Assembly (NCBI GenBank): GCA_003707115.1
Contig: PPNB01000012.1
Coordinates: forward strand, 62,001-126,000
From: Tortispora ganteri
Taxonomy: Eukaryota
Direction of reading: 5' to 3'
Length of the DNA: 64,000 bases
Shown here: positions 54,471 through 63,419 of the stretch, one piece after another
Position numbering within the stretch: position 1 is the first letter of the stretch
Layout of the letters: each line of letters begins with the position of its first letter
Position numbers and translations under genes: made by a program
The notes under the pieces: model-generated
Told to the model about the DNA's origin: nothing
The model's input: only the letters and a program-made list of their open reading frames with translations
Databases searched by the model: none

Positions 54471-56156
54471 ATGCCTGCAGCTTCGATTTACTCTGGGTTT
54501 GTTCAAAAACAGCCAAAACTTGAGAACCAGTACCACTGCGATTCTATCTTGAAGCGCGTCTTAAAACGGTACGTTTCCGATGCGGAATTGCATGCCCGTG
54601 CAGAACCGCTCTGGGTCAAAATGGGGGACAAAACAATCAGCGATGATTATTTCCGATGGCTATCAGATGCTGAAAAGCATCCACCGACTATCCGAAACCT
54701 GGACTCCTTCGGTAACCCGGTCCCGATCAAGGACTGTATCGTCACTTCAGAAGGCTGGAAACACCTTAAAGACGAATGTTTCTCTGAAGGCATTGTATCT
54801 ATTGGCTATGACCGCGACGAATGGGGCCAATATGCACGTGTTGTTCAGTTTGGCGTCTACTACTTGTTTTCTCCGTCGTCGGCGGTCACTACTTGTCCAT
54901 TTGCAATGACAGATGGCTGTGCACGCGTCCTCGAGGTCTACCACCCACAAGGACGCAATCACCCGGTGTTCAAACGTCTAACATCGCGCGACCCTAAAAC
55001 TGGCTACACGTCCGGTCAATGGATGACCGAACGTAGTGGCGGCTCTGATGTCTCTGGAACTGAGACATTTGCCACCAAGACTGCCTCGACTCGCGGTGGC
55101 GAACCCGAGTACTCTGTTAGCGGGTTTAAGTGGTTCTCGTCGGCGACCGAATCGCAGGTCACGTTACTGCTTGCACGTGAAGCAGAAGGCGCCAAGCTCA
55201 ACTGCTATCTTGGTTACGTACACGAGGGTGGCGTTCGCGTGTCTCGGCTGAAGGAGAAGCTCGGCACTAAAGCGCTGCCGACTGCAGAGCTGGAGCTCAG
55301 CGGCCTGAAAGCTACAAAAGTATCTAAGGATGGTCGTGGAGTGGCTACTATTGCATCTGTGCTGAATATTACACGCGCACATAACTGCATTTCTTCTACG
55401 TCATTTGCGGCACGCTCGTTCAGTATTGCTAAAGAATTCACAAAGCTCAGAAAAGTTTTTGGCAAGCCACTAATTGAGAATCCTGCTCACTTGAAAATCC
55501 TGGCGGCAATCGCCGTGAAACTGAGAGCTATGACGCATTTAGCGTTCTTCACTATTAGTCTACTTGGCAAGTCTGAAGCGGGAACGAGCACAGAAGCCGA
55601 GCAGATCCTTTTACGGCTTATATGCCCGCTATCGAAGGCATACATTGCAAAGAACTGTCTTGCGATTGTGTCTGAATGTGCGGAGGCGATGGGCGGTGTT
55701 GGGTACTTGGAGAACGACCAGGAGATCAATATCGCACGTTTACTGCGCGACTCACAGGTTCTGACAATCTGGGAAGGCACGACGAACGTGCTGTCTGATG
55801 ATTTTGTGCGTCTTGTGAAGAGCAAATCTGCGCATACGCTGCCTGCGATTAACGCACTAGTGAATGAAAGCTTGGCCAAGGATACGCACGGATGGGATCA
55901 GGTACTGCAGGCGGAGATGCGTGAACTGACGCAGACTGTTGAACAGTCGTCATTGGAAGTATTGCGGGCGCAGGGCAGATCAGTCATGTTTGCGTTTGCA
56001 CGTACAATATGCTCTGCGTTGATGATTGCAGATAGTGCTAGCGATCAGGATCCGATAGCAGTAGAATGCTCGCGTCGCTGGCTTGCAGGTGATGAAGGGT
56101 TGGCAACAGGTATTGAAAGCAAGGCCAGAATGGATTACAATATTGTATTTAAATAA
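54471..56156 (+). CDS. Acyl-CoA dehydrogenase, AidB-like subgroup
   Basis: CPFAMTDG, SGQWMTERSGGSDV, GFKWFSSA, RLKEKLGTKALPTAELEL, R.VFGK, EAMGGVGY, IWEGTTNV. Confidence 0.92.
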   Translation: MPAASIYSGFVQKQPKLENQYHCDSILKRVLKRYVSDAELHARAEPLWVKMGDKTISDDYFRWLSDAEKHPPTIRNLDSFGNPVPIKDCIVTSEGWKHLKDECFSEGIVSIGYDRDEWGQYARVVQFGVYYLFSPSSAVTTCPFAMTDGCARVLEVYHPQGRNHPVFKRLTSRDPKTGYTSGQWMTERSGGSDVSGTETFATKTASTRGGEPEYSVSGFKWFSSATESQVTLLLAREAEGAKLNCYLGYVHEGGVRVSRLKEKLGTKALPTAELELSGLKATKVSKDGRGVATIASVLNITRAHNCISSTSFAARSFSIAKEFTKLRKVFGKPLIENPAHLKILAAIAVKLRAMTHLAFFTISLLGKSEAGTSTEAEQILLRLICPLSKAYIAKNCLAIVSECAEAMGGVGYLENDQEINIARLLRDSQVLTIWEGTTNVLSDDFVRLVKSKSAHTLPAINALVNESLAKDTHGWDQVLQAEMRELTQTVEQSSLEVLRAQGRSVMFAFARTICSALMIADSASDQDPIAVECSRRWLAGDEGLATGIESKARMDYNIVFK

Positions 56157-56175
56157 TACATAAGCCTAATATCAT

Positions 56176-56399
56176 GATAATCAAAAAAAGCGAGGAAAAG
56201 AAAATGAAAGGAAAAAATATACACGACATTGAGCGCGGTTCATTAACCTAAATAGGTAAAAGAGATAAAATAAGGTTTTTCTATTTAAATAGTCTCCCCG
56301 CAAAGAAGGGATATGCGCTAGATAAGCCAATCTCGTATTGACGGATCTCTATTTAGCCTCTTATTTAACGTTTTAGTCTATTATATAAATTCCGATAAG
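56176..56399 (+). promoter_or_regulatory. Amidase promoter: GATAA cluster, CArG, CCCCGC, CCAAT, TATA
   Basis: GATAA at 56176, 56264, 56321 and 56394; CCTAAATAGG 56247; CCCCGC 56296; CCAAT 56327; TATATAAA 56382. Confidence 0.55.
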
Positions 56400-56435
56400 C
56401 ATCGCGTGAATTTCGCTCTTTCTCTTCATTCGACA

Positions 56436-58097
56436 ATGTTTGCCCATAAAAAGATTGTCGCTGCAAAGAAAGCTGAGCGCGAAAACCGTCTAAACACGGT
56501 CTCCTCAGATTACCAAGGGCCTATCACCCCTGCAGAGAAGACAATACTAAACCTTGAAGCATCTGAAGTGATCTCTAAAGTACAAGCTGGTGAAGTTTCT
56601 GCTACTACTGTGCTTCATGCTTATGGTAAACAGACAATTGCTGCGCAGAAACATTGCAATCCCGTGACCGAAGTAATGTTTGGCGCATCCGACAGATATG
56701 CCGACAAGCTCGCCGCAAAGGCTAAGTCTGGCCCTCTAGCCGGTTTCCCTGTCTCCCTCAAGGATACAGCCAATGTACCTGGCTATGATTCGTGTATGGG
56801 TTATTCTGCGCTTGCATTTAAACCGGCACAGAATAAAGGTGCAATCATTCAAATCCTTGAAGATGCCGGCGCAATTCCTTTTGTTAAGACCAACGTTCCC
56901 CTTACGCTGCTCACTTTCGAGTCGTACAACGATGTTTGGGGCAATTCCGAGAATCCTCACGTTGCTGGTTATTCATGTGGTGGCTCAACCGGTGGCGAAG
57001 CTGCACTACTCGCTTATGGCGGTTCACGTCTCGGTGTAGGCACCGATGTCGCCGGATCCGTTAGAGTACCTGCGCACTACAGCGGTATCTATTCGATCAA
57101 ATGCACTAGTGGACGTTTCCCCAAAGCTGGAAATAATACCAGTATGCCCGGTCAGGACGGAATTCCTGCTGTCTATTCGCCCATGTGCCGTACTCTCGCT
57201 GACCTATCATTCTTCACCAAGGTCATTATAGACATGAAGCCTTGGAACTATGACTACACCGTCACCCCAATTCCCTGGAAAGAGCCTAAATTGCCTGCCA
57301 AGCTCAAGATTGGTGTCATGGCTACAGACACAATAACACCGTTATCTCCTGCCTGCGAACGTGCGCTCTCCATGGCCACAGAAGCGTTATCTAAACAAGG
57401 TCACGAGATTGTCGAGTTTGTGCCCCCTAGAGCAGCTGACGCGCTCAATATCGCTACTAAAATCCTTTTATCGGATGCACTGAAAACTTGTAGCAGGAAT
57501 ATCAAGTGCGGTGGCTCAAACGATAATTTTGTCGGCTATGCTAAACGCTGGTACAGCCTGCCCAAGTTTCTGAAAAAGATATACGTTTGGTGGGTAAGAT
57601 ACGTGCGCAAAGACCCTATTTGGGCCACTCTCGCAGACGCATCTGAGCTTACTGCAAGTGAATTCTGGCAATATATCTACCAGCGTGAGACCTACAAAGC
57701 TGAATTCTATAACAAGTACAAGGAATCAGGTATTGACTACCTCATTACTGCTCCAGCCGCCACTCCTGCTTATCCATGCTACACTGGTTGGAGCGCTAAC
57801 TCTGCGTGTCTCTATACCTTCCTGTTCAATCTCGTCGACTATCCTGCAGGTGTCATGCCAGTTACCCATGTCGACAAAGATAAGGACCAGTATCCCGAAA
57901 CTTTCAGCCTCAAGAAACTCAACACTATCGGAAAAGGTGTTCACAGATACTACGACCCCGTCAAAATGCATGGACTTCCTGTTGGTGTACAGGTCGTAGG
58001 CCGCCGCTATGACGAAGAGGGTGTTTTGGCTGTCATGAAGAAGATCTATGACGGTCTAGAACAGATGGGCCAGTCCTATGAGCTTCTCAACGCTTGA
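56436..58097 (+). CDS. Amidase-signature family amidase (acetamidase/Amd2-like)
   Basis: Catalytic triad motifs PVSLKD, GGSTGGE and GTDVAGSVRVPA; FVKTNVP; GLPVGVQVVG. Confidence 0.93.
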   Translation: MFAHKKIVAAKKAERENRLNTVSSDYQGPITPAEKTILNLEASEVISKVQAGEVSATTVLHAYGKQTIAAQKHCNPVTEVMFGASDRYADKLAAKAKSGPLAGFPVSLKDTANVPGYDSCMGYSALAFKPAQNKGAIIQILEDAGAIPFVKTNVPLTLLTFESYNDVWGNSENPHVAGYSCGGSTGGEAALLAYGGSRLGVGTDVAGSVRVPAHYSGIYSIKCTSGRFPKAGNNTSMPGQDGIPAVYSPMCRTLADLSFFTKVIIDMKPWNYDYTVTPIPWKEPKLPAKLKIGVMATDTITPLSPACERALSMATEALSKQGHEIVEFVPPRAADALNIATKILLSDALKTCSRNIKCGGSNDNFVGYAKRWYSLPKFLKKIYVWWVRYVRKDPIWATLADASELTASEFWQYIYQRETYKAEFYNKYKESGIDYLITAPAATPAYPCYTGWSANSACLYTFLFNLVDYPAGVMPVTHVDKDKDQYPETFSLKKLNTIGKGVHRYYDPVKMHGLPVGVQVVGRRYDEEGVLAVMKKIYDGLEQMGQSYELLNA

Positions 58098-58183
58098 GCA
58101 TCCCGTAACAGTAAAAGGAGTGTAATAATAGGCTTCCTTTTTCAGGTTTTAAATAAAATGCCAGTTTTTTTTTTTTCTACTAC

Positions 58184-58845
58184 TTAAATTACATTAATGT
58201 CAAAGCAACTGGTGTAGTACTCTGTGACTCCTTCAACTTTTGGAAAGTACCATACCCATACCATCGGGTAGATCCCCTTTGGAGTACCCTCTGGTATCTT
58301 AAAATATCCCTTGCAAGGCTGCATCTTCCGCGTTGCAGTATCGCTCGTAGTACATGATCCATCGTCAAATGGTGTCGGCCCCGAAAGCACGTAGTTCTGA
58401 ACTATCTGGCCAGCCACAGTCAGCTCTACATTGGCACGCCCCGTCCACAGTATGACGAACTGTCCAGGATGAGGCTTATTATCTGGAGCGAGTCTGTCAG
58501 CTGTGACGTGTCCGTTCGGCTGGTAAATTATTTCAAGAGTCCCGCCCGATTGCGCTTGCACCATGGGGTACTTGTCGGAGTAGTAGTTGTTCATGTTCAT
58601 TTGGCTCTCCATGCAAATAGGATCGCTGCTGGAGGGGTTTAAAAGATGGTAGGTTTCAAGGTCATCAAAATGTCCAGCTGATAGTTAGTATTATCGATCA
58701 CTTTTAGTTCCATTGGGTAATGCTTACCGTATGCCCGTATGTAGCCTGTTGATAATAATGTCGACCCAACATAGCTGTTAATTTGGTCGATCCAAGAATG
58801 TGACAGGACTAAAGTGACAAAAAATATTAAAATAGTGTAGACCAT
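58184..58845 (-). CDS. Secreted protein with predicted N-terminal His (LPMO-like histidine-brace candidate); 2 exons (58845-58728, 58677-58184), 203 aa
   Basis: Splicing joins the ORF-track fragments 58639-58860 and 58184-58612: MVYTILIFFVTLVLS/HSWIDQ..GYIRAYAGHF..CMESQ..YQPNGHV..FDDGSC..WVWYF..EYYTSCFDINVI. Alternative in-frame ATG at 58860. Confidence 0.85.
58678..58727 (-). other. Spliceosomal intron (50 nt) in the secreted His-protein gene
   Basis: GTAAGC donor, perfect TACTAAC branch point, CAG acceptor; removal joins the signal-peptide exon to the downstream ORF in frame. Confidence 0.9.
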
Positions 58846-58951
58846 TTTGCCCGTAAACATATTTTGATAGTTTTGGTCTTATATATCTTGTTCGTTTCAA
58901 ATTCCACTCAAAGAACTCGACATGAAACAACAATATTAGAGAACGTCATAA

Positions 58952-61816
58952 TTATCGTAGATCGGGAGTTTCGGTCTTTAGTTCCGGAAAATCATCAACA
59001 ATACGCACAAGTTCCTTCATTGTCTTTGCAAGGTCAAAAGATACTCCAGCTAATCGCTGTTGGAACTGCATGTCTGATCGATCTTTCTGTGTAGCCGACA
59101 CATCGATATCATTCATGCGCGTACAGCAGTCCTCAAGCGATTTAATGATCCATCCAGCATGTGATTTAAATGCCGCATTGTTAGAATCGTTAAGCGCCTC
59201 CTGAGAATGTGTAATCATGTCTCGCACCATCTTCAGTATTTTGTGCACCTTGCTCGACAACTCCGGATACTTCAGGTTCTGTCTGATCACAGTCAATAGT
59301 TCCTGTATGCTTTCCACAACAATAACAGTGATATCTTCAAGATACTTTCGTAATTTAAGCACAGAAACATCGATAGCCGGCTCTCTCACGGTAAGCGAAT
59401 CTCTAGAGTCGTCATTAAATACATCGGCCGATGGTAATCCGTTAGCATACAGCTGCGCAGACTCTAGTTTCGATTGGGCTATTTGTCCCTTGAGATCAGA
59501 ACTATTTAAAGAGAGCCCAGTTATATCACGATTAGCACTCACGGGATACTCTAGGCTCTGCGGCTCATTCAGTAGTGGTTTCAATTCTAAAGGCACCAGT
59601 GTAGGCTTCCTACGTAAAGGAGTCTCCATAGGGGCAGCTGCAACCTCGGGTTCTTTCTTAGGATTTGAATTTTCTTTGACTTCAAAATCATTTACTTCTA
59701 GCACTTTGCCAAAGGTAGGTTTGATAGTCTCTGTGGTTTCTGAGACGCCATTCTTCACAACAGATAGCGGCGCAGTGGTTTCTTCAGTCTTAAGATTCTT
59801 CAGTTTCTCTTCCATGTCATTGACCGAGTTGTTCAGTCCGCTTAAATTGTTGTCAGTATTTTCGGAAATAGTTTCGCTTATGCTGTCGATCTTAAGAGAC
59901 TCCATTATCTCGTCATCCTCTTTTTTCTCCTCTTTAGGCTCTGGCACCTCTAAAGCTGATGAGTCCAATGAGGTTGACTTCCTGATTTTAACAGCAGTAA
60001 TAAGTTCAGTTACGGCTGCACATAAGTCTGCTACAGCGGCATTGCAGACGCTTATAGGGTATATACCGTTGGAAGATGCCATTCCGCGGGTTACTGTCAT
60101 GAGATTACCAGTAAATTGTGTAATCTTATCACACATTTCCTCTGTCCGATTTTCAAGGTCGTGTTGCTGGTCCTCGGCATCCAGTGCAGAGTTGATAATG
60201 GAACGAATAATAGACACGAGTGTTTGTAAGGTAGACAGCATGGTCTTAGTATTGTATTCCTCGTGGTAAGATTGAATAAAATCGTTAATGGCAATGTGAA
60301 ACTCAGAGAGCATCGGGGCAGGAATAGCTCCATCATCTGTGATATACAAAGAAGATCTTCTGACTAACATATCTGCAGAATACAGGTGTGTCTTGTCTGG
60401 TATTCCTGACTGTCGATATGACTTCAGTTGTGCTTTAGCATTGGCAAATGCCTTCTTCCAATGGGTAAGCTGTTCTTGTAGATCAGTGACTTCGTTAGAT
60501 AGAAGATCTGTAGTTTTCCGCGTGTCTTCCTCTGACTTTACGATTTCACGCATTTCCGCTAGAAGCTGTTGTGTTTCTTCTCGCACCTGGCGTGTAATAT
60601 CCTGCTGTCTTCCTAACTCAGTCTGCAATTGCGCTAGCTCAGAACGAAGTTTCGTATTTTCCTCGGCGAGTTGTTTGTGGTCCGAGAAAGATATCGAGCC
60701 TGTAGAGAAGGGTTCTCTTTGAGGTGAACGTGAAGCTTCACCAAGCGCCCTTTCGCTCGCTTTTTCGTGCTCTTTTGTTAGTGAAGATATATCTGACGGT
60801 ATGTGAGAAGTAGATGATGCGGTAGAATATTCATAGATGGATGTCGACCGGTATCTTGAAGAGCTTGCAGTGTGCTGTGACGGCGGATCAAATGGTTCTT
60901 GTAAAGTTCGAGTTGCGGGTGCCTGTTGCGAAGGCTTGTGCACTTCATGTGACTCTGAGGTATCTGGTAGCGCAGGGTATACACTAGGCAGAGGTGGTAG
61001 AATGTCTTTATTCGGCTTGGCTGGCGGAGAGGACTGTAAAAGAAAGGCAGGAAGGGTAGGAGAATCTGTAAGTGTTGTTAAGCGGTTTGTTTTCGCTATT
61101 TTGGGGCTAATATCGTGGTTGTGGTGGTTTGATTGGTGCGTGCCGTTTTCTTGTGATTGGTTGTGCAGTATATCGTGATCATGATTGTCATGATCGTCGT
61201 CCTCCTCGTCCTCGTCCTCATCCTCTACCATATGCGATATTTTGGGGCTGATAGAATCTTGTTTGAGAACGCGGGCGTTATTGCGACGATTAGGATTCTG
61301 TGGTGGCGGAGTTGCAGTATCGACTACAGGAAGGTTTGGCAATCGGCGTCTCATTTCGAATAGAATGTCGCTTGCAAGTTCCGAGAAACGAGAGTCGGGA
61401 AGTTTTGAGAGTTTCTGGCGGGCGACATTGCGTTTAGGATGGAAGTCATTCTGCGACTGAAGATGAGGCGCTGAAGGGCTAAGTATTCTTCGCTGGAGTT
61501 CATCGTAGACGTCTGTGCTGAGTTCTGAGAACTGCGCAGTTGATAGTCGCAAAAGTTTTTGTCGAGCTTTCGCCTGGCGTTTAGCATCATCGGGCGAATT
61601 GTGGAAAGAACGCTCACTGTGTGGGACAGCAGATATACATGTAACTGGTAGGTTTGATTGTGGATCTGGTACAGCTAGTGATGATTTGTAGAGGTAATTC
61701 GAGAGCGCAGCGTAGTGCGTTGCATAAACTGCTTGATCGGAGTTGGCGCGTGAAGCGGGATGCAGGGTCGTCGGCGATTGCGTCGAGGTCCACGGGTTCA
61801 TATTAGCGTAAGACAT
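58952..61816 (-). CDS. SPA2: Polarisome scaffold Spa2
   Basis: GIT/SHD-I repeats ARQKLLRLSTAQFSELSTDVYDELQRR and FHPKRNVARQKL, coiled coil, C-terminal LRKYLE..IQELL..RLAGVSFDLAK..KELV. Confidence 0.93.
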   Translation of the reverse strand: MSYANMNPWTSTQSPTTLHPASRANSDQAVYATHYAALSNYLYKSSLAVPDPQSNLPVTCISAVPHSERSFHNSPDDAKRQAKARQKLLRLSTAQFSELSTDVYDELQRRILSPSAPHLQSQNDFHPKRNVARQKLSKLPDSRFSELASDILFEMRRRLPNLPVVDTATPPPQNPNRRNNARVLKQDSISPKISHMVEDEDEDEEDDDHDNHDHDILHNQSQENGTHQSNHHNHDISPKIAKTNRLTTLTDSPTLPAFLLQSSPPAKPNKDILPPLPSVYPALPDTSESHEVHKPSQQAPATRTLQEPFDPPSQHTASSSRYRSTSIYEYSTASSTSHIPSDISSLTKEHEKASERALGEASRSPQREPFSTGSISFSDHKQLAEENTKLRSELAQLQTELGRQQDITRQVREETQQLLAEMREIVKSEEDTRKTTDLLSNEVTDLQEQLTHWKKAFANAKAQLKSYRQSGIPDKTHLYSADMLVRRSSLYITDDGAIPAPMLSEFHIAINDFIQSYHEEYNTKTMLSTLQTLVSIIRSIINSALDAEDQQHDLENRTEEMCDKITQFTGNLMTVTRGMASSNGIYPISVCNAAVADLCAAVTELITAVKIRKSTSLDSSALEVPEPKEEKKEDDEIMESLKIDSISETISENTDNNLSGLNNSVNDMEEKLKNLKTEETTAPLSVVKNGVSETTETIKPTFGKVLEVNDFEVKENSNPKKEPEVAAAPMETPLRRKPTLVPLELKPLLNEPQSLEYPVSANRDITGLSLNSSDLKGQIAQSKLESAQLYANGLPSADVFNDDSRDSLTVREPAIDVSVLKLRKYLEDITVIVVESIQELLTVIRQNLKYPELSSKVHKILKMVRDMITHSQEALNDSNNAAFKSHAGWIIKSLEDCCTRMNDIDVSATQKDRSDMQFQQRLAGVSFDLAKTMKELVRIVDDFPELKTETPDLR

Positions 61817-62125
61817 TTCACTGAAGCAAGTTTAATGTCTTATAAGAATAAAAGGAATGGATTTATGGGGCTGTAGGGGTAATTATACAAACATGCCTAG
61901 ACACGCGGTCGTAGTTTTCTACAATTGTTAAGTGTGGAAGGAGAGAATAGGGTTTAGGCGGGAGGAGCAAGGAAAACGACTACGGAACTCGGGGGGGATT
62001 TTATAAGGATGTAATAATATTTTTGCGCAGCAATATATCGCGCATTGGCTGAGCGATAGTTATGTGCGACGCATTGTCGGAAAATAGCGCCGGATTAAAA
62101 AGAGTTCGCGTCAACGACTCGTACT

Positions 62126-62293
62126 TTACTTCTTCAGGTAAGGATTTCTAGGGTCGTTCTTCCACTCGTCGGATTTCATTAAAGCATCCGCAGCTTTGGC
62201 AATAAGGTATGTAGAAACTACAGCACCAATTGCAAATGGCCATAATGGTTTAAAAAGTGGCGTAGGATACTTGCGGAACCCGAAAAATGACAT
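62126..62293 (-). CDS. ATP18: Mitochondrial ATP synthase subunit i/j
   Basis: KYPTPLFKPLWPF, single TM, S.EW.NDPRNP; ATG at 62293. Confidence 0.93.
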   Translation of the reverse strand: MSFFGFRKYPTPLFKPLWPFAIGAVVSTYLIAKAADALMKSDEWKNDPRNPYLKK

Positions 62294-62755
62294 TCTAACT
62301 GATCTTATAAGGGTGGTTGGTAAACGGTGTGTGCGAAAATGGTGGCCCGGGTTTCCCTGTAGATTGGCTGTCAAGTAGTGCCTTTTCCCTGGCAACCAGC
62401 CCGAGAAGGCCCGGTCTGCCCTCTTTTTGCTTCTTTATTGGGTCCAACTGTAGCCAAAATCATCGTACTTCAAGCCAGTAATTTTTTTAAAAAGAATTGT
62501 GTAACACATGCTATCGCTATTGCTACTATATTTTTCCAGTTGTCTCCGCGCCTTGCCGCCACTCTTTCAATAGACGGGCACGTATCTACCGTTTACTCTG
62601 TCCCGTGTTAAAACCCTTAACCCTACCAATATATGTCCCTCTCCCCCCACCTTAACCGACACAGGCGAACTACAACGTTTGACAACTTCCATCGCCATCG
62701 TCTGGCTCGTCTACTGGGTTAGCGATTGCCAGGTTTGCACCGCTTTAATACTATC

Positions 62756-63346
62756 ATGGATTCACTTCTACCTGTGCCGCCGCTGCCTCAATCAAACCGG
62801 CATACTGACACACAGATAGCCACCGCTACCTCTACAGCTGCTACCCCGGCAGCGATAACGTCATCAAAACCAGATGAACTCGTTTATGGCCAGTCACGGA
62901 TCCCCTCTGCGGCGCCACCGTTCACATCTGCACTGCAATATACGCTAGTACGTGACTTTGCGTACCCCGACACTCACCGTTTGCACTACGGCGGGCAGGC
63001 CCTTAAAGAGTTGCAACGATCTTCAGAGAGTAACAACGTCGAAGGTCCCCCATGGCACGAAGACGAGGACCTACGGTCCCCCGTGCGCGTAGAGGACAGC
63101 CCGCGCGAAGACCCAGGTGCAGATTTCAATTACGAGTTTTCAGTTACTAGTCCGGACGAGATCCACGGCAAGGCCATCGCTATGTACGATTTCGTTGCAG
63201 AGCACGAGAATGAAATGCCTTTGAAACAGGGCCAAATTGTCTGGATATCGTATCGTCATGGCCAAGGTTGGCTGGTGGCTCAAGATCCTCAGACTGGCGA
63301 AACTGGCCTGGTCCCTGAAGGATATGTTCAAATTGAGGCGCGATGA
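62756..63346 (+). CDS. NBP2: SH3 adaptor Nbp2/Skb5-like
   Basis: VRDFAYP..H.LHYG, EIHGKAIAMYDF..EHENE, WISYRHGQGWLVA, GLVPEGYV. Confidence 0.9.
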   Translation: MDSLLPVPPLPQSNRHTDTQIATATSTAATPAAITSSKPDELVYGQSRIPSAAPPFTSALQYTLVRDFAYPDTHRLHYGGQALKELQRSSESNNVEGPPWHEDEDLRSPVRVEDSPREDPGADFNYEFSVTSPDEIHGKAIAMYDFVAEHENEMPLKQGQIVWISYRHGQGWLVAQDPQTGETGLVPEGYVQIEAR

Positions 63347-63419
63347 ATAATACACGCTCGTGTACATTATACCTTACTTATTACTTAATGACACCGTTCT
63401 AATGCACTTCTGTTGATAA

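Noticed and set aside
53166..58845. PEX2-ACAD-amidase-secreted protein as a metabolic gene cluster
   Set aside because: No cluster regulator, transporter or backbone enzyme; adjacency is expected at this gene density.
59217..60269. 350-aa plus-strand ORF
   Set aside because: Entirely antisense to SPA2; Ser/Phe/Leu-rich mirror of a Glu/Lys-rich coding strand; no motif.
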